DNA from: Trichoplax adhaerens
Taxonomy: Eukaryota > Animalia > Placozoa
Length of the DNA stretch: 64,000 nucleotides
Assembly (NCBI RefSeq): GCF_000150275.1
Contig: NW_002060944.1
Coordinates: 5,353,096 to 5,417,095 of the forward strand
Direction of reading: 5' to 3'
Shown here: positions 53,601 through 64,000 of the stretch, piece by piece
Layout of the letters: the number at the start of each line of letters is the position of its first letter
Numbering within the stretch: position 1 is the first letter of the stretch
The notes under the pieces: generated by a model
Databases searched by the model: none
The model's input: only the letters and a program-made list of their open reading frames with translations
Told to the model about the DNA's origin: nothing
Made by a program: the position numbers and the translations under genes

Positions 53601-56600
53601 TCAGAGCTTAACCTAATTTTTGTCAGTATTTTTGCTAAGGTGGAATATGACTGTACATTACTTGAACCTGGTGTTACGTTTGAATATGCACATGGAGCTC
53701 CAAATGGAATTGGTAGCTTTAACGCTTTACTGGTGAATATAAGATTTTACGTCCGGTGTACACGCATTACTATAATTTTAAATTTTTATTAATTAATACT
53801 CTTCAGTTTAAATCATGACACGCTATAGCAATAGTATAGCCAATATACATGGAGGATAGTTTAAGTTTGTAATTTTGGACGACATTCCAAGTTAAATACG
53901 AATCGCACAAGCCTAGTGTTAACTCACGATCGAATAATATCATCTGTATTTCTATACAGTATCTACCAATATTAGATGTAAAATTAAGTATATATCATAT
54001 GAACAGATTGTTACGTATTATATTTGAAAAAGAATTTCCAATCTGACTGGAAAACAATTAAGAATATTAAAGACTATCGGTGAAAAAAGTTGTAAAATTG
54101 CTATAAATGACTATCATCAGAGCACGTACTGCATATGCATATGTAGTATGCTTACCAAAAAATAGATGGCTAGTAAAATAATGTCAAGAGCCGTAGCTTA
54201 TACTGAAAGCCACACAAGCTGAAAATTGATTGTAAAATTAAGCCCTCGTTTGACTACAATCTATAATCCGGTACTTCGAAAATAGCCTAGTATAAAATAA
54301 AACTAAAGAGCAATGCTACTGTACATTTGAGTGCACAATTCTTTGTAGTTCAGCGGTATTTTAACATATTTCGTAAGTAAAAGTAAAGGTTCAGAAGAAT
54401 GATCATACCTAGTAACATTCGTCGCATTAGTTCATAGCGATATAAATAAATTACAGTGCTAACTGTAGATCTTATTTTCGTAGACAATAGCAAAATCGAA
54501 CCGTATTAACTTATTAGAGCATCCACTTAGCAGCAAACTCTTAAATGTTAAATGGTAAATATTAAATATAGAACTGATAACCCTGATTTCCTACGCATAT
54601 AAGTTTAGTACGACATAACTATTAGTAATTTATAAATGTATTGTTTACTATAGCGTCTATCAGATCCATTCATCAGATTTGTATTTTTTACCTTTTTATA
54701 GGAGGCAATTTGGTCGATATGTGTATTATCTAAACCTGTTCACCTATATCCTTTTTGTTGCATCCTTAGTGACATACGTGCTTATTATAGAACAATTCTA
54801 TAAAAACAATTCTGGAAATACAATCACGTTTAAAGGGCTTAGCCCACAATCAAGTATTACAAATTCATTCGAGGTATCATCCACGACTGTAACTGCTTCT
54901 TTTGAAAATAGCACAAATAGTAATGCGACTACTCCGCCAAATGTAAGTTTATGAGGAAGATATCTACTGCAGTTAGTTATACATAAGTTTATCTTTTAAG
55001 TACATTAGAGTATACGAAACAGCTTTAAAGCTGTTTCGTTTTCATGAATGTTAGTATATTGATATAACTGTAATTATTTAGTAAATAGTAAAACTATACT
55101 GTTAATACCTAATTTGTTGAATTATATTAAACATCATGTTATAATGTTTCTAAAGTAATAATTTACACTCACGTACCTAATGGGGCTACCAGAAATGAAT
55201 GCAGCGAAGCATACTATACCATGCATTTATAAATTTTGACACATACGAAATCAATTCGACGACATTTTCTAGCTTTAATAAACTAAATATGATCTTATAA
55301 ATGGGCAATTCCCCTTAAACTGCGCTATATTAAATTAAAATTATTTATTAGTGGTCAAATAATATGTCCTAAAATTATTTCACCTAAGTGTATGTTAAGG
55401 ACTAAAATTTCACGAAGTACAGTAACACAATGAGAAGAGACACTTTCTCTTCCTATCACTTTTACTGTTATACCGCTACTCCGGTAATAAAGACTAGAAT
55501 CATTCTAGAGTAAAATCACTAGGTAATCTGCTATAAAAGAACCACGCTTCCTTTGGCGATCCCTAACCAACTATGTATAGTAGTCAGTGTAACCCACGAA
55601 GAACTCGGAGAAATCACTAAAAAGCACTTTATTCATCATTGACGCGGTCTTAAACAGATATTTAATATTATGATAACTCCAACCGCATCCAGAGTTATAA
55701 TGTTAGTAAATTTTCTAATGGATGCCAGCGCATCTAAAATGTATCATTCAGGACTTCTTAAAAATCCGGTCTAGCTCTGGCAATTACAACATTTCTATCG
55801 CATGAATTACTATTACAATTTAGCATAATTTTGTGTTAAATCTCCATAGTTGACATGTAAGCTATAATTAGTAATTTTACATAACAATCTGTGTTAGCAC
55901 CTACGAATAATTCAAGTACTGTAGACAGACTATTTTCAATCCTAAGACGTTCAAATTTAGGTATAATCTAAATATAATCAGGGCTTAATTTACTACAGTC
56001 TTTACGATAAATTTCCTATTAAGTCAAATACGAACTTATCTTTCTAAAAATTAACAGTTGATTATCTTTCAAGGTATTTTACTACCGTTGACAGTGTGTA
56101 ATTAAGTTTTCCATTGTGTATTACTCATTTCTGGATTAAAGTATATTATAGTTCTTAGTTCATACATGTTCCATATCAGCAACACCGCTTAGTCATATCG
56201 TTATCATACGTATGAAGATATTGATATTCTAACAGCAATTAATAACAATATTCTATGTAGCATGTTGTTCTTTTCCTATTGTTGTATATAAGTTACGGAT
56301 TCTATGAAAGCGACTTATCTTACTAAAAGTGTGTTCTACTATTCACCCGTTCTTGAGTAGGTCATTCTCTTCAATAAACTACATTAATAACTTCTTTGTC
56401 GTCAGTGCCATTATGTGTGGCCGATCAATTATAACATTTCCCAAGAAAGTTAGCGAACGGCTTAAGATGATATGATTACTGTCAGATAGAGAAGACCTAG
56501 GTCTTCTCTATCTACTGTCATTATTTCTTGTGTATTCCTCAAAGTAACGCTGTTTGATGTCCCAATCCAAAAAAGAATCTTGTTCTGCACCATTGTCTCT

Positions 56601-58718
56601 TAATTTTTACATACAAATTAAACTTTTTATATAATAAAGATTTATAATATATCTTATAAGTATATAAGATATTGCCGCCTAGTCATCAGAAATAGTAATA
56701 GAGAAAAATATTGATTTGCAATAGTTTTAATGCACTGCATAAAAGTGGAAATTCGATTGAAATTATCGCAAGATTTCCAAGAATTCATAGTTTAATTCCG
56801 CTAAAATGTAGGACGTGGTATCATTTATCCAGTCTTTATTGATCTTCCGAATTCTCATTGCCTTCTTCTCAATACTGAATGTAATTCGCGAGCTATTTCA
56901 ATTAATTCAAGAGGTAAGACAATATATGCTTATCATTGTTACATTATTTAAGTGCTGTAATTTTAGGATCATTCATTTAAGACTCTGTCTAGACTGATTT
57001 CAAACTGTGTCGTACTATGTTCTTTTTTTAATAAGCGAGGACGCTATTTTATGTGCTTCGAAAACTATTTTGAGCTAGCTCTTCATGTTATGGTCATCAT
57101 TTTTATTGCGGATGGTAGCACTAATCCAACTACATGGTCCATTGGTAGCATCGCCATTCAAATGGCAGTTTTCGAATTAGTCATATTTCTAAGAAAGTAA
57201 ATTATCAGCATATTTCTAGCAGCGTTTTAAATGTAATGTGTATTTAATTTACTGCATTATCTTGAACTGATGCAACAATAACGTAATAAATTCATTTACA
57301 GATGTAGTTATAATTTAAAATAGTATTGCAATTGGATTAATTTAATAAAAGAAGGATTAATATTTATCGCATTATTGAAGTAACAAATATCCATTTACAG
57401 GCTACCAGTTATTGGAAAGTATGTACTTATGGTTCGAACTATGACTCGTACCATTGTAAAGGTATAGTTATAAACGGTCATAGCTAAGATAGCATTACCA
57501 CCGTAATTTGATTTTATCGTTTTATCTTAGTAGCAGACATCCATATTTTTACGAAATAAAAATATATGCCCATGGCTCACCATTAAAATATTAATCATTT
57601 TCAATTAGGTACTCGTTATTGTACTTATATTGGTATTTGGTTATGCTATTAGCTTTAATATGCTATGCAATCGTCAGGTTTGTAAAGTAGACATGTAAGA
57701 TTTCAATTTCAATATCTATGCTTATGGTTAATCTGATAAATCCATCTTTCTCGTTATTACCGCAATTATAATTAAAATAACATAAACTTCGATCTAATCT
57801 GTAAAATTACAGGACTTTAAACAATCATCATTAATACTCAAAATTTATTAATAATATCAGGCAGCATTCTACAATATGCCTCTATCGTTTATTAAAGTTA
57901 TCGATATGATGATCGGTGAGGTCGACTATAAAGATCTCTTTCTAGATGGCGTTAAAAGCGGAAAAATTCCTTTCCCAGCTGGCATCGTGACATTTTTTCT
58001 GCTAATGATTTTTATCTTAATGATGCCGATATTAATCATGAATTTGATGGTAATCTGTTTAATTTATTATACATGGTAATAAAGGCAAATAGGAATGGAA
58101 TTAATATGATTTTCATTTTATTTATATGCAGATCGGTTTAGCTGTAGGAGACATCGCTGAAATGGAAAGGGAAGCTTCACGACGTCGATTAGTTGATTTG
58201 ATTCTTTTTTTTAATAGTATCGAAAAGGGTGTACCCAAATTTTTACGTAAAAACTGTAAATTAATCAAATTTACTTGCACTGAAAAAGGAAATGTAGAGG
58301 TATCATACATTGCTTGATATTAGCAGTCACAATCTTAAGCCTTAATATCATTTCGCGAATTTCTAAACCTAATTTAGTCTTAGATAGCTACTTACTAGCT
58401 GCATTTATTGAAAGTTACCGAAAAATTTTATCATTATCTTAAACGTAAATAGGTCAATAAATTAGATGCAAACGAAGCTAAGCAAAAACAATACTATGAA
58501 TCTATCGAGCAGCACATGAACAAAATCGAGCGTATACTATTAGACCAGCAATCAAGGTTTAGCGAATAAATTCTTGGTTATCGCTTTAGCTGTATTATTA
58601 ATTTACATCTAAACCATAATATTATTGTCAATCTCCTAAATATTGCAGACTAGAAACTATCGAAGCTAAATTGGAATCTGCAGGAAAATCTGAAACACCA
58701 CCATTAAATGAAGAATGA
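47634..58718 (+). CDS. TRPA1: TRPA1-like ankyrin-repeat cation channel, copy E (~1084 aa, 26 coding exons, ~17 ankyrin repeats)
   Basis: Exons: 47634-47720, 48139-48301, 48462-48637, 49121-49228, 49333-49539, 49674-49721, 49942-50115, 50965-51165, 51281-51364, 51467-51549, 51797-51958, 52099-52210, 52460-52629, 53044-53128, 53312-53377, 53640-53732, 54484-54554, 54702-54942, 56812-56913, 57036-57196, 57401-57461, 57609-57677, 57861-58049, 58132-58299, 58453-58556, 58649-58718; total 3255 nt. Pore MMIGEVDY. Closer to D than to A/C. Confidence 0.93.
56477..56520. mobile_element. Perfect 28-bp palindrome between 8-bp direct repeats (minimal DNA-transposon remnant)
   Basis: TACTGTCA [GATAGAGAAGACCT AGGTCTTCTCTATC] TACTGTCA in intron 18 of copy E. 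Confidence 0.7.
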
Positions 58719-59944
58719 AGTTTTTAATTTTGTATTTTTATAACCATACAGTACAATAATTATAGTATATTGTACTTGTATGTATATACGCATGAATCTT
58801 TAGAATTTGCCTCATATCTAAGTGTGCTATGGAAATAAAATAGGAACTACTTATATGCAGTACAGTATGATGCTACAAACGCCATATTCTGGATTATTGG
58901 ATATTCTTAGTTTGTTAGTTTCGTAGATTAAATTAAATGTATTAGATTTGATCATGCAGATGTTGGGTATATTTTTTAACATACAGTCGAATATTGACAT
59001 ACTAAGCCTTCTAAGTATGTTAGATTAAATAATATATACGCACTCTTTATAATTTAGCAGCATTGTGAAATCAGTAAAATCTTAATGCTACTCTGTAACA
59101 AATAGACTAAACTACCATATCGACGTTAACTACCGTATATCACTGAAATCGGTTTGTTCGGTATGTTCTACTAACGATCACTGCTATTGATCATTTCACT
59201 GCTTACACAAGTAATATTATTTTTAACTTCGAGAATATGGATATGTAACGAACTATCACTCTTAATACGATGGCAAAACATGGAATACATCATACTTTTT
59301 AGACTAGCAAAATATATTGGTACACCTATGAAACGACAAGTATTATACCTATAAATTGTCAATTAACAGGCTATGATAATATCATCTATTAATGTGCATT
59401 ATTAAGACAAAATATCTGCAGTAAGAAAGCAATTTTGCTCATTCTAGAATGAGATCTATATGCTGTTTGAGTACTTGCAAAGAAAAGTAGCAAGAGCTAA
59501 TTTCAACGTCATAGCAAATAAATATATGACGTACATCATCCAAATTACCAGCATGAAATATAATGAAGAACTAGAAGTAATATCAGAATGAGTTGAGATT
59601 AAATTAATACCTATTCGTTAGCATTGTTTGTTTATAGTACCATATTGTGAAATATAATTAGACGAAATTGATAAAAGCTTAATTGAAAAAGATCATGATG
59701 TAAAGGAGAACGTTTTCAGTTGCGCACTTGGGCAATGTGAATGTGTAAACAGTCATATTTATTTACAATCTGTTGCCTTATGGTAATAAACAATAATTGA
59801 ATTAAAATTCTGTCAATAATCCCAAGAAATAGCGATTTCAAGCGATAACTTTAAAATAAAATCCAGCTATTAAAATCCTTTCTTTCGACAATATTATTAT
59901 CGGTTCAAGTTTACTTGTATTTTGATGCACTAAGTTGTACAGTA

Positions 59945-60631
59945 ATGGAGATGTTTAGAAGATCTGATTGGTCAAAAACTTCGGTTTTATTTAGTAAAAC
60001 AAGAAATACAGCTGCTCACGATATACTGCAAGTAAGATCAAATACCAAGTTGTTTTATTGTCTATTACTTTTAATACAATAACTAAACTAAACTAAGCGC
60101 GAATGCTAGTAGTCTGAAATGAGGCTATCTGAGATATCAAGAGAGCATTTCTGCTCATTTAAATGCAGTTTATATTCAACTTTTCCAGGCCTGCTTGCCA
60201 CTGTTTTATGTATTATTATTAACTTAGTCGTCTCTTAGCATACAATACTTTCATAAAATTTTAAGTCTTTTGCTGGTTTAATGATGTAAAGTTAGCATAA
60301 ATATCTTTAATTTTTATAATCTCTACCGATTAATCAAAAATTCTCAGTGACCACGATAGCAATTCCTTACTAAAATCATGATCATGCAAACATATCGTCT
60401 TGCCTTTGCTATCATATCGAAAATTTCATCAACCTATTCATCACTCTCTATGCTAACGCTAATATTAGGCTGCAAAAAGTAGTGATATGCTGCTTTTACA
60501 GCAAGTTCTACCAAATGAAGGAATCGAAATATTTGCTAACCAACTAGATCGCGATCGTTTAGCCCCATTACACTATGCGGCTAGAGGTGGTAATGTTGAA
60601 CTCATTGAAGGCTTAATTGCAAGAGGTGCAG
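59945..60631 (+). CDS. TRPA1: TRPA1-like copy F, exons 1-2 only (young duplicate of copy E, interrupted by a gap)
   Basis: Exons 59945-60031 (MEMFRRSDWSKTSVLFSKTRNTAAHDILQ) and 60469-60631 (AAKSSDMLLLQQVLPNEG...APLHYAARGGN) match the sizes of E exons 1-2. Introns and upstream DNA align with ~46900-48420 up to the gap at 60748. Confidence 0.8.
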
Positions 60632-60747
60632 GTTCGTTAATCATTCACTAGTAGCTACTTACAATGCAAAAGATTTGATAATATTGACAGTATTTGTAAT
60701 AATTAATTATGAATCAATATGCATTATAATTATCAAATCCTAGACTA

Positions 60748-60797
60748 NNNNNNNNNNNNNNNNNNNNNNNNNNNNNNNNNNNNNNNNNNNNNNNNNN
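60748..60797. other. Assembly gap (50 N)
   Basis: Run of N. Confidence 0.99.
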
Positions 60798-61427
60798 ACA
60801 GTATTCAATAGAGTTAACGGTAAATGCAGTAACTCCAACAGAATATTATTTCCTGATTCTTAGTTTTAGTTTTAATGATAGACATAAGTAATCTTCTCGA
60901 TTGCAGAGTCTGTATCTTTATTAATGAAGTAATACCATGGAAATTGATTGCACCATACAGTATTCAATAGAGTTAACGGTAAATGCAGTAACTCCAATAG
61001 AATATTATTTCCTGATTCTTAGTTTTAGTTTTAATGATAGACATAAGTAATCTTCTCGATTGCAGAGTCTGTATCTTTATTAATGAAGTAGTACCATGGA
61101 AATTGATTGCACCATACAGTATCCAATAGAGTTAACGGTAAATGCAGTAACTCCAATAGGATATTTCCTGATTCTTAGTTTTAGTTTTAAAGATAGACAT
61201 AAGTAATCTTCTCGATTGCAGAGTCTGTATCTTTATTAATGAAGTAATACCATGGAAATTGATTGCACCATACAGTATTCAATAGAGTTAACGGTAAATG
61301 CAGTAACTCCAATAGGATATTTCCTGATTCTTAGTTTTAGTTTTAAAGATAGACATAAGTAATCTTCTCGATTGCAGAGTCTGTATCTTTATTAATGAAG
61401 TAATACCATGGAAACTGATTGCGCCAT
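60798..61427. repeat. Near-perfect tandem repeat, at least 4 units of 159/159/156/156 bp
   Basis: Units start ACAGTA(T/C)CAATAGAGTTAACGG-like at 60798, 60957, 61116 and 61272, with only a few substitutions and one 3-bp indel. The array abuts the gap. Confidence 0.95.
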
Positions 61428-61515
61428 GCAATCATACGCTCGTATATAGGGCTAGTGGTACAGTCAATACTCCAAACATAGGGAGAGGCAGTCGAAATGT
61501 ATTTCGATGGAGCGA

Positions 61516-61751
61516 TGACGTCATATCTGCCTGTCAAGTGCTGATCGAGTTTTTCTTTCTTTTGATCTCAGTTGTTGTCAGTATACTGTACCGGCGTCCA
61601 GTCCTGTCCAATACCAGTGTAACAGTTCAATACTGAGTTGTGAGTATCCGTGTTATGGAGTGCCACTCCATAGCACAGTACTGTAGAGTGGAGCTGTCTG
61701 GAAAATCGTCATGTGAGCTGCGTACGGCCTTACGTATGGAATGTCTATAAA
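61516..61751 (+). promoter_or_regulatory. Putative promoter of the ependymin-related gene
   Basis: TGACGTCA (CRE consensus) at 61516, an inverted repeat at 61650-61676, TCATGTGA (M-box) at 61709 and TATAAA at 61746; locally GC-richer, ATG at 61805. Confidence 0.5.
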
Positions 61752-61804
61752 TTCAAACGAGCAGCAAGGTCAGGACATTATTCGTTATTCGTTCCAGCTG
61801 GAAA

Positions 61805-62465
61805 ATGTTGCGTTCGTTGATATTCTTAGCTATCCTGTGCTCTGCAGTATATGCCTCGAAAAAGCCTTGCTGTGTGCCTGGCCAATGGTCTGGTATGATA
61901 TTGCAAGGAGGCTTTGATTCTATGGGAAAGGGTAAAGCTCAAAAAAATATTACTTTCGCTGCTAAATTACATGTCTACCTCGATGCCAAAATGGGCAAAT
62001 ACAGGGTTGACGAGAGCATCACCACTTCCAAAAGCAATATCACCGTCATTTCCGACTATAAGGCTGGTCTTCAATACCTTGTGATTGGTAAGAAGTGTAC
62101 TACTAGCAAGTTGATGGGAAAATTCCCCAATCTGTGTATTCCGAAGACTGCAAATTTCCTTGGAAGTGGAGTACTTGGCTTAAAATTAAATTATGATTTA
62201 TTCAGCTTTTCGTCTACTGATCGAAAAACTGCTGGTATTGTGGCTGTAACCGACAAAGGCTGTCTACCTGTTTTTGAATCGATAACCTTGCCTGTTGCTG
62301 GTAAGACACCACAGCAAGTAGCTGTTTCTCAGATCTTTAGCAACATCAAGCCTGGAATTAAAGATGATTCAATATTTAAAAAGCCTTCAAACTGCCCTTC
62401 TCAACCTGAAAAGGTCATTCAAGGCTTGGATCCTCTAACTTATCTTCATGAGAGATTGGTACAGC
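61805..62465 (+). CDS. EPDR: Ependymin-related protein (EPDR family), secreted or lysosomal; 3' end lies in the gap
   Basis: Signal peptide MLRSLIFLAILCSAVYA, then family motifs CCVPGQWSG, DYKAGLQY...KKCT, CIPKTANFLG, VTDKGCLPV and FSNIKPGIKDDSIFKKPSNC. 220 uninterrupted codons; stop codon not visible. Confidence 0.88.
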
Positions 62466-62846
62466 NNNNNNNNNNNNNNNNNNNNNNNNNNNNNNNNNNN
62501 NNNNNNNNNNNNNNNNNNNNNNNNNNNNNNNNNNNNNNNNNNNNNNNNNNNNNNNNNNNNNNNNNNNNNNNNNNNNNNNNNNNNNNNNNNNNNNNNNNNN
62601 NNNNNNNNNNNNNNNNNNNNNNNNNNNNNNNNNNNNNNNNNNNNNNNNNNNNNNNNNNNNNNNNNNNNNNNNNNNNNNNNNNNNNNNNNNNNNNNNNNNN
62701 NNNNNNNNNNNNNNNNNNNNNNNNNNNNNNNNNNNNNNNNNNNNNNNNNNNNNNNNNNNNNNNNNNNNNNNNNNNNNNNNNNNNNNNNNNNNNNNNNNNN
62801 NNNNNNNNNNNNNNNNNNNNNNNNNNNNNNNNNNNNNNNNNNNNNN
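62466..62846. other. Assembly gap (381 N)
   Basis: Run of N. Confidence 0.99.
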
Positions 62847-64000
62847 TATCAGAGACTAAGTAAAAAATTGACAACATGTACTAATGGTGAAACAAGTAAG
62901 ACGGCAGTTGTTCGCGTAATTAGCACATAATAGTCATTATACGTTGATTAATATGATCTTAGGCAATATCGATTGATTCATATCAGGCTTTATCATTGTC
63001 ACAATTATATTGCACTCTAATGATGAGAAGATGAGCCAATTTCAGAATGGTACCTTTCTACCTTGACAGTTCAATTTAATGAGAAATTGCAAGCAGCACC
63101 TTCGGTACACCTAAGCTTCAAGTTTTCACCTTGCAATATTATTTGTTATTATCAGTGCATCAAACAGACCGTCAAGAAAGAATTCTTTTTATTACTTTTA
63201 TCATGCAAAGCGGTTGACAAAAATCAAAGGTTAGAACAGTACATGACATCATCTAATTCAGTTCACCAATATTTAAAAAGTGATTTGTTGAAAGATGCTT
63301 CAGCATTGAAGAATTACGCTTTGCGTCAATATCGCTTTGAGATATGAACGGTAATTACAATACTTTAATGAAATAATTAAGAGAAATATTTGATTCTGAT
63401 ATCTGCCTATACAGAAACGACAGTCTTGACGATTAAAGTCAAAGGGTAGCTTGATTAAATGACTAAAATCTGCTTTACTTGCATGTTAAACTATTGATCA
63501 AATTAGCATCTAGTTTAATCGTCTTCTTTCTGATACTTTGTACTTGTAAGATAAATAATAACCGTAGCAACAATATCACATGATATTGGAATGATTGGCC
63601 TCTTATTAAAATATCAATTGGATACTGTACGTATCTATTAATACATATCATACTATTGTCTTCCAATAGGATATAAACAATGGCGTTTATTAATTTCAGT
63701 AGAACAGCTCTATATGTATGACTTATACTTCTTTTGCGATCGATTTTTAGTGGAATGGCATAGAACTTTTTTAATGCTGAGCTATCGTATTGATAAATGA
63801 ATTCATTTACCATATGTTACTAGATGATTAACTGTAAAAATTAAAACAGACTATTACATCGACTTTACTCAATTACTTGTAAAGGCTATCAGTTGAGTAT
63901 TTTTCATATACAGCAGTGCTACTTATGGCCAATAACTGATCTCTGTCGCAGAACAGGATTTAATCTTATATATTTTTTACCTTCTTTCTTCAGTAATGGA

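Noticed and set aside
60798-61427. Repeat array considered as a CRISPR-like locus
   Set aside because: Units are fully repeated with no unique spacers, there are no cas genes, and the context is eukaryotic.
62446-62930. Long ORFs of 143 and 160 aa, and the 352 aa length given for the EPDR ORF
   Set aside because: They are artefacts of translating through the N gap.
63063-63813. ORFs of 94 aa (+) and 112 aa (-) after the second gap
   Set aside because: No recognisable domain or splice structure; consistent with chance ORFs or unidentifiable decayed sequence.

Overview
AT-rich, intron-dense animal DNA. The short GT-AG introns and base composition suggest a non-bilaterian such as a placozoan, but this is inference. 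About 60 kb is a head-to-tail, + strand tandem array of TRPA1-like ankyrin-repeat cation channel genes, which I assembled exon by exon. Copy A (490-9494) lacks its first two exons, which lie upstream of the window. Copy B (13659-17631) is a truncated pseudogene with many stops. Copies C (21359-32757), D (34506-45547) and E (47634-58718) are intact, with 26 coding exons each. Copy F (59945-60631) is the start of a younger duplicate of E, cut by an assembly gap. The intact copies share exon phases and form two subgroups (A/C and D/E/F) that differ in the voltage-sensor-like domain, TRP-like helix and C-terminus. All keep the S2-S3 Ca2+ site but lack the C621/C665 electrophile-sensing cysteines. 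After the gap come a near-perfect 156-159 bp tandem repeat and an intronless ependymin-related gene. Small mobile-element relics include a solo LTR with a 5-bp TSD, a 28-bp palindrome with an 8-bp TSD and a mariner-like fragment. Human TRPA1 residue numbers and exon sizes are quoted from memory and need checking.
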